Below are positions 1 to 10,068 of a DNA stretch of 64,000 bases, piece after piece. Made by a program: the position numbers and the translations under genes. The number at the start of each line of letters is the position of its first letter. Position 1 is the first letter of the stretch. The notes under the pieces were generated by a model that was not told where the DNA came from, did not search any database, and worked only from the letters and a program-made list of their open reading frames with translations. This stretch comes from Thermodesulfobacteriota bacterium (GTDB lineage Bacteria; Desulfobacterota; Desulfobulbia; Desulfobulbales; JBFMBH01), in the NCBI GenBank assembly GCA_040755095.1, contig JBFMBH010000006.1, forward strand, positions 1,290 to 65,289, given 5' to 3'.

Positions 1-3000
1 AGCGGCCATGGGCCTCGACATCCAGGGAGCGCCAAACCAGGAGCTCCTTTCTGAGGGCATGCAGGAAGGCCCGGTTCATCCGGAGCCAGACATTGGCCTC
101 CCCGGCCTCCCGCACCAGCCGCACCCGGATCTCCAGATAGCCTTCCGCCTCCGCCGCCGGGCAGAACTGCACGTCCACCCGCTGCATGATCCCGAAATCG
201 AACGGCGCCAGCCACACCCGGGCATGGAGGTGCAGGCAGGCCGGGTGCGGGCAGGTGGCCCGGACACAGGCCGCGCCCGGCTCGGCGCTCAGGCGCTCCG
301 GACAGATCTGGGTGATCTCCAGCTCGCCGGTGGAAAAAAGGCCGTGGGAGACGTCCCGGTGGGCCATGAGATAGGAATAGATGAAGCCGCCGATGCTCTC
401 ATGCTCGGCCAGGCGCATGAGAAACGGCAGGGTGATGGCCAGCTCGTTGCCGGTCACCGGCGGCAGGGACCAGGCCCGGTTGACGTCCGGGATGGCGATG
501 GCCGCCGCCACCCGGGCAGGATAGAGCGCCGAGACCAGAACCACTGCCATCACCAGCAGCATGGCCGCCACCCCGGACAGGGAGGAGTAGTTGACCGTGA
601 TGCCGGCCCACAGCGGGGTGCCGGCAAAGAGCCGGGCCGAGGTCTGGGCCAGGAGATAGCCGATCACCACACTCAGGATTGCCAGGGCCAGGGCCTCGGC
701 GATGAAGAGAAAGCCGACATGGGAGGGCGCCAGCCCCACCGAGGTGTAGATGCCGATCTCCCGGCGCCGTTCGAACACCGAGCTGATCATGGTGTTCAGG
801 ACGATGAAGATGGCAATGAGCACCGGCACCACGATATTGGGCACCCCGGAATAGCCCAGGGTGTCGCTGGCATGGTAGAGGAAGGTGCCCTGGGGCTCGC
901 CGGTGAACAGGGCGAGGCCGAAGCGGTCGGCCATCTCGTGGGCCAGGGCCGCCAGGTCGGTGCCGTCCGGCGGCCGGGCGGCCAGGCCCTTGAGATGACC
1001 GCCGGCCGCCAGCAGGAAGCCGGCGCTGGCGATCACCGTCTCCTCGGCCGGCACATGCTGGCAGCGGCTGTGGAAGGCCCGGACCTCCTCTCCGGACTCC
1101 AGGGCCTCCATCTCCGCCTCGGTCATCTCCATGGCCGCCTCGCCGGGGAAGATGACCGGGGTCAGGCTCTCACCGTCCAGGTCCGGCCGCCTCTCCAGCA
1201 GCTCCGGGGCGAAGCAGCCCACCACCCGGAAGGGCCGGCCCCACATCTCCACCGGAGCCGCCTGGGGCTCGGCGGGGTCGATGCCCAGGGCCTGGGCCAG
1301 GGGGGCCGGCAGAAGGAGGGCATCCATCTCCCCCTCCTTGAGCCAACGGCCGCCCACCAGGGTCCGATCGAGGCCGGTGACCCGGGGCTCGCTGGCCGCC
1401 AGGCCCAGGAGACCCTGGGCCTCCACCTGGGCCGATCCGTGCCGCACCGGGAAGCGCAGCGCCCGGCTGGGGTCGTCGTCCTCCAGCCAGACCCGGGGAC
1501 CCACCCGCTCCCGGCCGCCGAAGAAGGCCGCCAGCTGGTCGGCAGCCTGCGGCGGCAGGCTCTGCCAGGAGACGTTCTTCACCAGCAGGCCCTGGTAGCC
1601 GGCCTCCGGAGCAAAGCGGAGCCGGGCGTGGTGGCGGATCCCCTTCACCGTGGTGAAGCTCATGATGGTGAAGGTGAGGATCACCAGGGTGGTGCAGGTC
1701 AGCGCCGTGCGCAGCCGCCGGCGCCGCAGGTTGCTGACCCCGAGAAGAAGGGCGGCCAGCATCGCCTTGCCGCGGCTGATCTCCGTGGCCAGCTGATGCC
1801 GGGCCCGGCGCTGCAGGCCGGCCATCTCGGTCTCGAAGCGGGCGACGATGATGGCGGTGACCAGGAGGGAGAGCCCAAGGATGAAGAAGGCGCCGATCAC
1901 GACCAGGGGGCTGTAGGCCAGCTGGAAGGCCGGATGCACCCGGTAGACCAGGGCGATGAGGGCCACCAGGATGCCGGTAAAGGCGAGGATGCGGCGGTGG
2001 ATGTCCACCGCGGCCACGGTCAGGCGCTCCAGGCAGAAGGCGAAGGGGGCAAACAAGGCGATGTAGAACAGCACGCCGAAGAGCACATCCCGACCGGTGC
2101 TGTCCACCTGGTCGTAAACCCGGCTGGCCAGGGCCAGGGAGCGGTTGCTGGCCGCCACAAAGCCGGAATAGCTGCTGGCCGACAGCGCCGCCATGGCCTG
2201 GGCCAGGGCCTCCCGGCCGCTGGCGCGCAGGTTGCGGATCCGCTCGTCCACCACCCCCCGCTCCTCCAGGGCGTCGATGCGGGGGCCCAGAAGATGCCAC
2301 ATGTCGGAGGCGGCCCGGAAGGCGGTGTAGTAGACCACCGGCCAGTCGTCCACCAGGTAGCCGCGGCCCTCGGGATGCTCCCGGTCGCTGTTCAGGAGGA
2401 TCATCTTCTTGCGCAGGATGGTGTCCGACAGGGTGAGCTTCAACGGGGTGCCCGGCTCCAGAAAGATCGAGGCGACGGTGGAGACCCGGGTGTCGATGCG
2501 GCTGTACCAGTAGCGGACCGGCAGGGTCTCCCGGCGGCCGTCGATGAGCTCGATCTTGGTCAGCGGCCGGAGGGTGCGGGGCTCCAGGAGATCGAAGAGG
2601 GTGAGCTGGCGGCAGGCGAACATGACGAGGTCGGTCTCCATCTGCCGCCGCTGCATCTTCACCCGGTAGGCGTCCTTGCCGGTGCGCTTCTTGTCCACCG
2701 CCCACAGGGTCTCGCCGGTGGCCGGATCGAAGCGGTAGGCCTCCAGGATCACCTTGTCCAGCACATGGCGCTTGTCGGCCACCCCCAGGAGCTCGAAGCC
2801 GCCCCGGGCATCCACCATGGCATGGAAGCGGGCTGGCCCCTGGAAGGCCAGGACCACGGTGCCCGGTGCCGGCTGGTCGGCAAAGAGCTCGCCATGACGC
2901 AGGAACTTGGCCCGGCCCCGCAGCACGGAAAAGCCGTTCGGCGGCGGCTCGCCGGCGGCCAGGCTCGGCGCTGCCGCCAGACCGGTCACCAGGTCGTGCA

Positions 3001-4759
3001 CCAGTCGGGCCTGGTGGCGGGCCCGCTCCCAGTCCACGCCTTGCGGCAGGTCATAGGGGGTGCCCCAGGCCGAACGGCCGTCATGGACCGTGGCCAGGGT
3101 CAGGCCGCGCAGGCCGGCCAGGGCGCTCACCTCGCCGGCCAGGGCCGGCCGGTCCAGGAAATGGCTCTGCCAGGAACGGCTCTGGCTGGGCCGCAGGGTG
3201 TCCCGGTAGAGATCCCCGGCCGGGGAGCCGGCGGCAGCGGCGGCCAGGGCCCGATCCACCAGGCTGTAGGCCGGGGTGCGGTTGACCTGAGGCTTCAAGG
3301 CATAGAGAAAGCCGGAGTGGAAGGCCCCTAAGCCCTGGCCGTGGCTGGACAGATGCAAGGAGACCGCGGCCGCGATCTCGAATTCCCCGACCTGGCGGCG
3401 CAGGCTGGCTGCCGCCTTGAGCAGGCGGGCCTCCCGGCGGCTGGCGGCCAGGAGCCCCTGGCTGTCCTCCTTCGCCCGGGGCACCAGCCAGGCCAGCAGG
3501 GCCTTCTCCTCTGCCGGCAGCCCGCCCCAGGAGCTGCGCCAGCCCAGCCGCCGCAGGACGAGACGCTGGCCGGCCAGGGCCTCGATGCGGGCCCGCCGCT
3601 CCGGACCGGCCTCTTCCATGCGCAGGCGCATGAGTTGGCCGGACAAATCATCCACCTCGGTCTTGATCCGCTCGGCCACCGCCAGCCGCACCGCCAGCGG
3701 TGCCTGCTCCGGCGCATCGGCGGCCTGCGCCAGGCCGGCCAGCACCGCCTCCTGCTCGTCGCTCGCCGCCTGCAGCTCCTTCTGCCGGTCCCGCAGCTCC
3801 TTGGCCCTGAGGCTTACCGCCCAGACCAGCTGGCGCATGCCGGCCTGGGCCTGGGCGTGACCGGCGGAGGCCACCAGCAGGACCGAGCGGGCCGGAGGGG
3901 CGGCGACCAGCCGCCGGGCCGAGGCCAAGAGGGTGGCGATGCCCAGGGCCTCGTCCGCCCCAGGGGAGGCGCCCAGCACCGTGGCGGTGCTGTCGTAGAA
4001 CGTTTCCAGGATCAGAAGCTCACCGGCCAGCCTGGGGTCAGCGCCGGGGACGAGGGCATAGAGGCTGTCGGCCTCCACCTCCTGCCAGGCCACCGAGGCG
4101 GTCAGCCGCGCCTGGCCGGCCAGGATTCCGTCGGATCGCGCCCCGGGCTCGCCCAGGGCGCCGAGGGCCGCCACCGGCAGCCAGAAGCGGGGAAAGGTCA
4201 GGGGGGAGAGCTCCAGCTTGTCGGCCAGGAGGAGGCGGTCGGTGTTGCTCCGGTCGAGATAGATCACCGCCAGGGCGCCCAGGGAGGCGACGGTGAGCCA
4301 GGCGTTGCCGGAATCCAGCTCCAGAAGGACGATGGCGCCGGCCACCGGCCTGCCATCCAGGTCGGCCAACTCGCCGCGGCCGCCGTAGACCAGGGGTCCG
4401 GCCAGGCCGGCCGCCGGCATGCTGCCCGGCGCGATGGCGTTGGCCGCCAGCGGCTGCACCGGGATGGTCAGGCCCGCCGCGGCCACGGTGAGCCGGGCAG
4501 GGCCGGCCCGCAGCACCGGCAAGGCCATGGGCAGACGGGCCGGATGAAGGCCCAGGTCCCGCAGCTCCGCCTCCAGCAGATCGGCCGCCTCGCCGGCGCC
4601 GGGGCTGCCGGTGCTGCGGTCGCCCAGGGCCGCCAGCTCCTCCACCACCCGCACCAGCGGGTCGTTCGCGGCCCAGGCCACCTCGACGGCCGGCGCCGCT
4701 CCCAGACTCGCCACCAGCAGCCCGACTGCGACCACGAAGCCGGGGCGCCAGTCAGCCAT
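1..4759 (-). CDS. Large FtsX-like ABC transporter permease, C-terminus cut by window start, with an N-terminal M28-peptidase-like domain
   Basis: Manual translation from ATG at 4759 (MADWRPGFVVAVGLLVASLGAAPA...) stays open toward position 1. N-terminal part contains GDRSTGSPGAGEAADLLEAELRDLGL and LILETFYDST...SPGADEALGIATLLASARRL. C-terminal part contains FtsX-like NTMISSVFERRREIGIYTSVGLAPSHVGFLFIAEALALAILSVVIGYLLA. Missing from the ORF track, probably because it has no stop in the window. Confidence 0.82.
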   Translation of the reverse strand, partial: MADWRPGFVVAVGLLVASLGAAPAVEVAWAANDPLVRVVEELAALGDRSTGSPGAGEAADLLEAELRDLGLHPARLPMALPVLRAGPARLTVAAAGLTIPVQPLAANAIAPGSMPAAGLAGPLVYGGRGELADLDGRPVAGAIVLLELDSGNAWLTVASLGALAVIYLDRSNTDRLLLADKLELSPLTFPRFWLPVAALGALGEPGARSDGILAGQARLTASVAWQEVEADSLYALVPGADPRLAGELLILETFYDSTATVLGASPGADEALGIATLLASARRLVAAPPARSVLLVASAGHAQAQAGMRQLVWAVSLRAKELRDRQKELQAASDEQEAVLAGLAQAADAPEQAPLAVRLAVAERIKTEVDDLSGQLMRLRMEEAGPERRARIEALAGQRLVLRRLGWRSSWGGLPAEEKALLAWLVPRAKEDSQGLLAASRREARLLKAAASLRRQVGEFEIAAAVSLHLSSHGQGLGAFHSGFLYALKPQVNRTPAYSLVDRALAAAAAGSPAGDLYRDTLRPSQSRSWQSHFLDRPALAGEVSALAGLRGLTLATVHDGRSAWGTPYDLPQGVDWERARHQARLVHDLVTGLAAAPSLAAGEPPPNGFSVLRGRAKFLRHGELFADQPAPGTVVLAFQGPARFHAMVDARGGFELLGVADKRHVLDKVILEAYRFDPATGETLWAVDKKRTGKDAYRVKMQRRQMETDLVMFACRQLTLFDLLEPRTLRPLTKIELIDGRRETLPVRYWYSRIDTRVSTVASIFLEPGTPLKLTLSDTILRKKMILLNSDREHPEGRGYLVDDWPVVYYTAFRAASDMWHLLGPRIDALEERGVVDERIRNLRASGREALAQAMAALSASSYSGFVAASNRSLALASRVYDQVDSTGRDVLFGVLFYIALFAPFAFCLERLTVAAVDIHRRILAFTGILVALIALVYRVHPAFQLAYSPLVVIGAFFILGLSLLVTAIIVARFETEMAGLQRRARHQLATEISRGKAMLAALLLGVSNLRRRRLRTALTCTTLVILTFTIMSFTTVKGIRHHARLRFAPEAGYQGLLVKNVSWQSLPPQAADQLAAFFGGRERVGPRVWLEDDDPSRALRFPVRHGSAQVEAQGLLGLAASEPRVTGLDRTLVGGRWLKEGEMDALLLPAPLAQALGIDPAEPQAAPVEMWGRPFRVVGCFAPELLERRPDLDGESLTPVIFPGEAAMEMTEAEMEALESGEEVRAFHSRCQHVPAEETVIASAGFLLAAGGHLKGLAARPPDGTDLAALAHEMADRFGLALFTGEPQGTFLYHASDTLGYSGVPNIVVPVLIAIFIVLNTMISSVFERRREIGIYTSVGLAPSHVGFLFIAEALALAILSVVIGYLLAQTSARLFAGTPLWAGITVNYSSLSGVAAMLLVMAVVLVSALYPARVAAAIAIPDVNRAWSLPPVTGNELAITLPFLMRLAEHESIGGFIYSYLMAHRDVSHGLFSTGELEITQICPERLSAEPGAACVRATCPHPACLHLHARVWLAPFDFGIMQRVDVQFCPAAEAEGYLEIRVRLVREAGEANVWLRMNRAFLHALRKELLVWRSLDVEAHGR

Positions 4760-5489
4760 GGGCCGCGATCCCACCCACCGAGATGGACAGCTCCTCCCGG
4801 TCGCCGATGCGCTCGATGCGGCCGTCCCGGATCCAGACCACCTGATCCGAGACATTGAGCATCTTGATGTCATGGGTGGCGGAGATGATGGTCACCCCCC
4901 GCTCCTGGGACAGGCTCTTGAGCAGGGCGATGATCTCCTCGCCGGTGGCGAGATCCAGGTTGCCGGTGGGCTCGTCGGCCAGGATGATGGCCGGATCGTT
5001 GGCCAGGGAGCGGGCCACCGCCACCCGCTGCTGCTGGCCGCCGGACAGCTCCGAGGGCTTGTGACGGAAGCGCTCGCCCAGGCCGACCAGCCCAAGGAGG
5101 CCAAGGCCCTTGTCCACGGCGGCGTCGTTGGCCATGCCGGCAAAGACCATGGGCAGGGTGACGTTCTCCAGGGCGGTCATCACCGGAATCAGGTTGAAGG
5201 TCTGGAAGATGTAGCCGATCTTCCGGCAGCGCAGCCAGGCCAGCTCGTAGGCATCCAACTGGGCGATGTCCACCTCGTCGATGAACACCTTGCCGGTCGT
5301 GGGCTTGTCCAGGCCGCCGATCATGTTGAAAAGCGTGCTCTTGCCCGAGCCGGAGGGCCCCATGATGGAGATGTAACGGCCGGCGGCGATGGTGAGGTCG
5401 ACGCCCTTCAAGGCCTGGACCTCGGTGCCGCCCATGGCAAAGGTCTTGGTGACCCCGGCGACCCGGACAATGGCGTGACCGCTCGTCAT
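4752..5489 (-). CDS. ABC transporter ATP-binding protein (LolD/MacB type)
   Basis: MTSGHAIVRVAGVTKTF; Walker A GPSGSGKST; signature LSGGQQQRVAVARSL; Walker B ILADEPTGNLD. The longer ORF call includes an N-terminal extension judged spurious. Confidence 0.93.
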   Translation of the reverse strand: MTSGHAIVRVAGVTKTFAMGGTEVQALKGVDLTIAAGRYISIMGPSGSGKSTLFNMIGGLDKPTTGKVFIDEVDIAQLDAYELAWLRCRKIGYIFQTFNLIPVMTALENVTLPMVFAGMANDAAVDKGLGLLGLVGLGERFRHKPSELSGGQQQRVAVARSLANDPAIILADEPTGNLDLATGEEIIALLKSLSQERGVTIISATHDIKMLNVSDQVVWIRDGRIERIGDREELSISVGGIAAHG

Positions 5490-5557
5490 GACCGTGCCCC
5501 GGCGCTCCGCTCCCTGTTGTCCATCAGGTCCATAGCGTCCTCCTCCATCCCGCAGCA

Positions 5558-6259
5558 TCACGGCTCGACGCGCATGGCTTCCACCGGCTGCATCCGGGCC
5601 GCCACCAGCGCCGGGTAGACGACCCCCAGGAGGCTTAAGCCACAGCCCACCGCCGTGGCCCGGCCCGCGGTGGCCAGAAGCGCTGGCCAGACGGAGCCCG
5701 CCAGAACCGCCGGTCCGAACCGGACCCAGGCGGTGAGGAAAGCGGCGAGCACCCCGATGAGGGCGCCGGCCGCCGCGCCAGCCAGGCCTTGCATGCCAGC
5801 CTCCAGAAAGAAGAGCCGGACCACGAAGCGATCCAGGGCGCCCAGGCATTTCATGGTGCCGATCTCCCGGAAGCGCTCGGTGACCGCCATGAGCTGGGCA
5901 TTGACGATCCCCACCGTGCAGACCAGGAGGGAGAGGATGACGATCCAGCGCTCCTTGGCGCTGCTGCCGATGCTGGCCTGGCCCGGCGCCAGATCGTGGC
6001 CGGCCCGGATCAGGGCCTCCCGCAGGCCTTCGTCACCGGTGGCCAGCAGGCCGTTGGCCAGCTCGATGCTGCTCTGGACAAAGGCCAGAAAAGCCACCGC
6101 TGCCACCAGGGTCAGGGTGGTGATGAGAGAGCGCAGGAAACGGACCCGGATGCTCTGGAAGGCGATGAGCACCGACTTGGCGAGGGGCAGCCGCACCTGC
6201 CGGCCGGCAGCATGCGTCGGGACAGAAGCAGGGTCGGAAGACGACAGGGTACGGGTCAT
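5558..6259 (-). CDS. Short FtsX-like ABC permease (233 aa)
   Basis: Membrane segments plus AVTERFREIGTMKCLGALDRFVVRLFFLEAGMQGLAGAAAGALIG, typical of FtsX/MacB permeases; lies beside the ATPase. Confidence 0.85.
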   Translation of the reverse strand: MTRTLSSSDPASVPTHAAGRQVRLPLAKSVLIAFQSIRVRFLRSLITTLTLVAAVAFLAFVQSSIELANGLLATGDEGLREALIRAGHDLAPGQASIGSSAKERWIVILSLLVCTVGIVNAQLMAVTERFREIGTMKCLGALDRFVVRLFFLEAGMQGLAGAAAGALIGVLAAFLTAWVRFGPAVLAGSVWPALLATAGRATAVGCGLSLLGVVYPALVAARMQPVEAMRVEP

Positions 6260-6272
6260 GGCACAGGAGATT

Positions 6273-7091
6273 CTATACTGGTGCGGTGGGGCTTGTCCAA
6301 CCCTCTGGCAGCAGATGACCGAAATGCACCAGCCGCACCCCTGGCAGGCGTGCCAACCCGGCCAGGAGCGCGTCCAGGAAGACGAAGGCCGCCTGGTTCA
6401 TCCGCTGGTGGTGGATCATGATGCCGCAGCGGTCGGCGGCCAGCCCCTGGGCCAGCTCTTCCAGGAGAATGGCCGCCGCGGCTGCCGGCTCGGACTGCCG
6501 GCGGGTGTGCAGATCCACCCGTACCGGCAGCTCGGTCACGCCCGGCTGCGCCGGCGGCAGGGCGCCTTGCCAGCGGGAGAGCACCGGCAGGCCCAGCCCC
6601 GGCAGCAGGGCCAGGGCCGTTTCACTCATGCGGTTCCAGGGCGGCGTGAACGCCGGGAAGAAGGCCTCACCCAGGATCCCGGCCAGCCGCTGCCGGCCCT
6701 TGGCCAGATCGGCGCGCAGCTTTGCCTCCGGCCGGGCGGCGCCAAACTCCTCCTTGCGGCCCGCGGGCTGGTGGTTGCGGTGGCGCCAGCCGTGCTGGTG
6801 CCAGCACCACAGATCCGGATCGACGCCGGCGACCAGGGCCCGGATCTCCTGCCAGCGCCGGCTGGTGAGCCAGGCCGGCACCACCGCCAGGGCCAGGGGC
6901 ACGTGATGCCCGGCGAAGGTGGCCAGGAGCCGGGCCAGGTTGCGGCCCGGCACACCGATATCGTCGGCCCGGAAAAAGACCGCCACCGGCGCTGCCGCCG
7001 GCCGGCGGGCCACCGCAGCCAGCAGGGCCTGCAAGCGGGGCAGGAGGTCGGCAGGCGGCGCCTGCCACAGGGGCACGGGGGGCCGGGTCAT
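6273..7091 (-). CDS. Polysaccharide deacetylase-like protein
   Basis: VAVFFRADDIGVPG, HQHGWRHRNH, FTPPWNRMSETALALLPGLGL: NodB-like fold motifs. Confidence 0.75.
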   Translation of the reverse strand: MTRPPVPLWQAPPADLLPRLQALLAAVARRPAAAPVAVFFRADDIGVPGRNLARLLATFAGHHVPLALAVVPAWLTSRRWQEIRALVAGVDPDLWCWHQHGWRHRNHQPAGRKEEFGAARPEAKLRADLAKGRQRLAGILGEAFFPAFTPPWNRMSETALALLPGLGLPVLSRWQGALPPAQPGVTELPVRVDLHTRRQSEPAAAAAILLEELAQGLAADRCGIMIHHQRMNQAAFVFLDALLAGLARLPGVRLVHFGHLLPEGWTSPTAPV

Positions 7092-8245
7092 GGCAGGCGT
7101 CCCTCCTGCACCAGCTGCCGCAACAAGGACGCGGTCCGGGCGGCGCCGTCCAGATCCACGGCCGGCGGGGCGGCGGCCCGCCGGCCCAGGGCCTGGGCCA
7201 TGCGACGGGCCAGAGGCGCCGGCTCCAGGTCCTCGTCCTCCAGAATGCCCAGGCCGGTCCTGGCGCCCAGCCGCTCGGCCCGTAGCCGCTGCTCCCGGTT
7301 CTGGTCAAAGGGCCACACCAGAGCCGGCACGCCGGTGGCCAGGATATTCATGGTCGTGTTGTAGCCGGCCATGCTCACCGACAGGTCGGCGGCCGCCAAG
7401 AGATCCAGGAACTGGTCGCTGAAGCGCTCCACCCGCAATCCCGGCCCGGCCTGGGCCTGGAGGGCTGCCAGGTCCGCCTCCGGCAGAAACGGGCCGCTCA
7501 GAACGAGGAGCAGACCCGGCCGTTGCAGCAGGGGCCAGGCCGCCGCCACCGCCCGCAGGAGGGGGCCGGCCACCGCGCCGCCGCCGCCGCTGGCCACGAC
7601 CAGGATGTCGCCGGCCGCAAGCCCCAGCTCCTGCCGCACGCGACCAAAAGCCCCAGCCCCCGGCCGCGGCGCCACGAAGCCGGTGTAGCGCACCGGCGGC
7701 CGGATGGCCCCCAGGCTGCCAAAGGTTTCCGCCAGGGACAGGACCGCCGGATCGGCGTGGACGAGCACGGCGTCGAAGAACCGGTTCAGGGTGGACACCA
7801 CCCGCTCCTCGTAGCCGGCGGTGTCCTTCTTCTCCACCAGCACGTCCCGCAGCGAGGAGACCACCCGGCAGGCAGGCAGACGGCCGTCCCGGATGCCAGC
7901 CAGAACCGGGTCGAGCTCCCGGCGGAAGGCCTTGCGGCCGAAAGGGTAGAGCTCCACCAGGAAGAGGTCGGGTGCCTCGGCGGCACAAAGGGCCAGGAGC
8001 GCCTCCTGCCGCTGGCGCCAGATGGCCTCCACCGGGGCGTCCTGGGCCTGGAAGCCGGTGAAGGCGGCGTCCATCATCAGGGCCGGCAGCCGGATCTCCC
8101 GGACATGGGCCGGCAAGCGCACCGGCACGGCGGCGCCGCCCGTGACCAGGAGTACATGCTCCCCCGCCAGGGCCTCGTCGATGGCCAGGCTGCGGAAGAG
8201 ATGCCCCATGCCCAGGACATGCTGGCAGTAGTGGAGGACCTTCAT
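7088..8245 (-). CDS. MurG/GT28-like glycosyltransferase family protein
   Basis: MKVLHYCQHVLGMGHLFRSLAIDEAL (GxGH N-terminus) and LLAAADLSVSMAGYNTTMNILATGVPALVWPFDQNREQRLRAERLG. Start overlaps neighbouring genes by ATGA. Confidence 0.8.
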   Translation of the reverse strand: MKVLHYCQHVLGMGHLFRSLAIDEALAGEHVLLVTGGAAVPVRLPAHVREIRLPALMMDAAFTGFQAQDAPVEAIWRQRQEALLALCAAEAPDLFLVELYPFGRKAFRRELDPVLAGIRDGRLPACRVVSSLRDVLVEKKDTAGYEERVVSTLNRFFDAVLVHADPAVLSLAETFGSLGAIRPPVRYTGFVAPRPGAGAFGRVRQELGLAAGDILVVASGGGGAVAGPLLRAVAAAWPLLQRPGLLLVLSGPFLPEADLAALQAQAGPGLRVERFSDQFLDLLAAADLSVSMAGYNTTMNILATGVPALVWPFDQNREQRLRAERLGARTGLGILEDEDLEPAPLARRMAQALGRRAAAPPAVDLDGAARTASLLRQLVQEGRLP

Positions 8246-8853
8246 AACGGTTGGGCGTTGACCCTGGTGACAGCCAGCTGGCCGGCGGTCGCGGTCAGGA
8301 GATGGAGATGGCGCGGCGCCAGCGGTGAAGGCCGGCCAGCCACAAAGTCATGTCCGGTCAGCCGGTAGACAAGGCACTTCACCACCCCCTCGTGAGCGAC
8401 CACCAGGATCCGGCCGCCGGGCCGGGCCGCGGCAGCCGCCAGCAGGGCCTGGCGGCTGCGCTCCCAGACCTGGCCCCGGTCCTCGCCGCCGGGGGGCCGG
8501 AACCCCCAGCCGGCCGCCTCCTGGGCTGCCACCGCCTGCCGGTCCAGGTCGGCAAGGCGGCAGCCGGTCCAGGTCCCCCAGTCCTGCTCCCGCAGCCGGC
8601 CATCCACCAGGACCGGCAGGCCCAGCTGGTCGGCCAGCCCCAGGGCCGTGGCCCGGGCGCGCCCCAGATCGCTGGTCAGGACGCCCTGCCAGCCGTGGCC
8701 GGCCAGGGCTGCAGCCCAGCGGCTGATCTCGGCCTGGGCCCCGGAGGCCAAGGGGCTGTCGGCCTGGCCCTGGATGCGGCGCTCCTGGTTCCATACCGTG
8801 GTGGCGTGGCGCATGAGGCCAAAAAGGGTGGAATCCGTCATCCCCTGCCCCAC
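8242..8853 (-). CDS. Histidine phosphatase (phosphoglycerate mutase-like) family protein
   Basis: LMRHATTVWNQERRIQGQADSPL (RHG-like motif), LREQDWGTWTG, ILVVAHEGVVKCLVYRL. Confidence 0.88.
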   Translation of the reverse strand: MGQGMTDSTLFGLMRHATTVWNQERRIQGQADSPLASGAQAEISRWAAALAGHGWQGVLTSDLGRARATALGLADQLGLPVLVDGRLREQDWGTWTGCRLADLDRQAVAAQEAAGWGFRPPGGEDRGQVWERSRQALLAAAAARPGGRILVVAHEGVVKCLVYRLTGHDFVAGRPSPLAPRHLHLLTATAGQLAVTRVNAQPL

Positions 8854-9962
8854 CTGGCCGCCACCTGGCGCAGAAGCTGGTCCACGACGCCGTAGCTCCG
8901 GTCCAGATCGTGGTCGCGGCGGACGTGCTCCCGGGCCGCCTCCGCCATGGCCTGGCGGCGGCCGGCGTCGGCCAGCAGCCCCCTGACCGCGGCGACGAAG
9001 GCCGGCATGTCGAGGGGCGGAGTCAGCAGGCCGGTGCGGCCATCCGCCACCACCTCCGGGATGCCGCCATTGGCAAAGGCCACCACCGGCAGGCCGCAGG
9101 ATTGGGCCTCCAGGTAGACCATGCCCAGGCTTTCCCGGATGCCGGGAAACACAAAGAGGTCACCCGCCGAATAGACCCGGGCCAGCTCCAGGCGGGGCAC
9201 CCGCCCCAGGAAGCGCACCCGGCCCGGCAGCCAACGGTCTGCCAGGGCGCGGAGGCGGGACTGCTCCTCGCCATCGCCGGCAATGGCCAGGAGGAGATCG
9301 ATCCCCGACTGCACCAGGCGGCCGCAGGCCTCGATGGTGCAGGCCAGGCCGTCCGCCTTCACCCCGGGCCGGAACATGGCAGCGCTCACCACCACCGGCC
9401 GCTCGCCGGCTTCCCAGGCGGCGCGCACGGCTGCCCGGCCACCGGCGTCGAAGACAAAATCCCCGGGCCGGATGCCGGGGACCACATAGACCACCCGCTC
9501 GGCAGGCAGCAGGCGCCGGAGGTTGACCTCGTCCGCCCGGCGGTTGGTGAAGACCAACTCGGCCGCCAGCAGGGCCCGGCGGTTCAGGATGTACCCGGGC
9601 CAGGTGCGCCAGTCCCGGCGCCGCTTGGTGGAATAGATGCCCTGGAAGACCACATAGGGCAGCCGGCAGCGGCGGGCCACCACCGGCCCCAGGAGGTCCG
9701 GGGCCTTGTAATAGGCATGGTAGGTGAGCCACAGATCCGGCCGCTGGCGGTAAAGCTCGCCGCGCAGCCGCCGGCGCTCGGCCATGACCGCCAGCCATGC
9801 CCAGGGCTTCCAGGGCAGCCAGCGGGCCCGCAGGCGGCTGGCCACCGCCACCGCATGCCCCTGCCGCCGCAGAAAATCCCGCAGCCCACTGCCGATCACC
9901 AGATCCCCGGACGGGTGCGGATGATCCAACGGCTTCATGGGCGCGTACAAGGCGATGCGCAC
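8838..9962 (-). CDS. Glycosyltransferase family 4 protein
   Basis: VRIALYAPMKPLDHPHPSGD..., GRVRFLGRVPRLELARVYSAGDLFVFPGIRESLGMVYLEAQSCGLPVVAFANGGIPEVV. Start trimmed to GTG 9962. Confidence 0.88.
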   Translation of the reverse strand: MRIALYAPMKPLDHPHPSGDLVIGSGLRDFLRRQGHAVAVASRLRARWLPWKPWAWLAVMAERRRLRGELYRQRPDLWLTYHAYYKAPDLLGPVVARRCRLPYVVFQGIYSTKRRRDWRTWPGYILNRRALLAAELVFTNRRADEVNLRRLLPAERVVYVVPGIRPGDFVFDAGGRAAVRAAWEAGERPVVVSAAMFRPGVKADGLACTIEACGRLVQSGIDLLLAIAGDGEEQSRLRALADRWLPGRVRFLGRVPRLELARVYSAGDLFVFPGIRESLGMVYLEAQSCGLPVVAFANGGIPEVVADGRTGLLTPPLDMPAFVAAVRGLLADAGRRQAMAEAAREHVRRDHDLDRSYGVVDQLLRQVAARWGRG

Positions 9963-10068
9963 AGCTGATGCCTCCGCAAGAACAGCCTTTCCGTACGGCC
10001 GCGGCGCTTTTCTTCCAGGTCCCACAGGACCAACACAAGACCTACGCTCGCCGCCCCCGGCGGCCAGC

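Noticed and set aside
1170-2705. 511-aa minus-strand ORF
   Set aside because: Out-of-frame reading inside the permease gene; the in-frame translation shows the coherent membrane protein.
8-3331. 1107-aa plus-strand ORF
   Set aside because: Antisense shadow of the large FtsX-like permease; composition is Gln/Gly/His/Arg-rich with no domain-like motif. High-GC genomes produce such ORFs.
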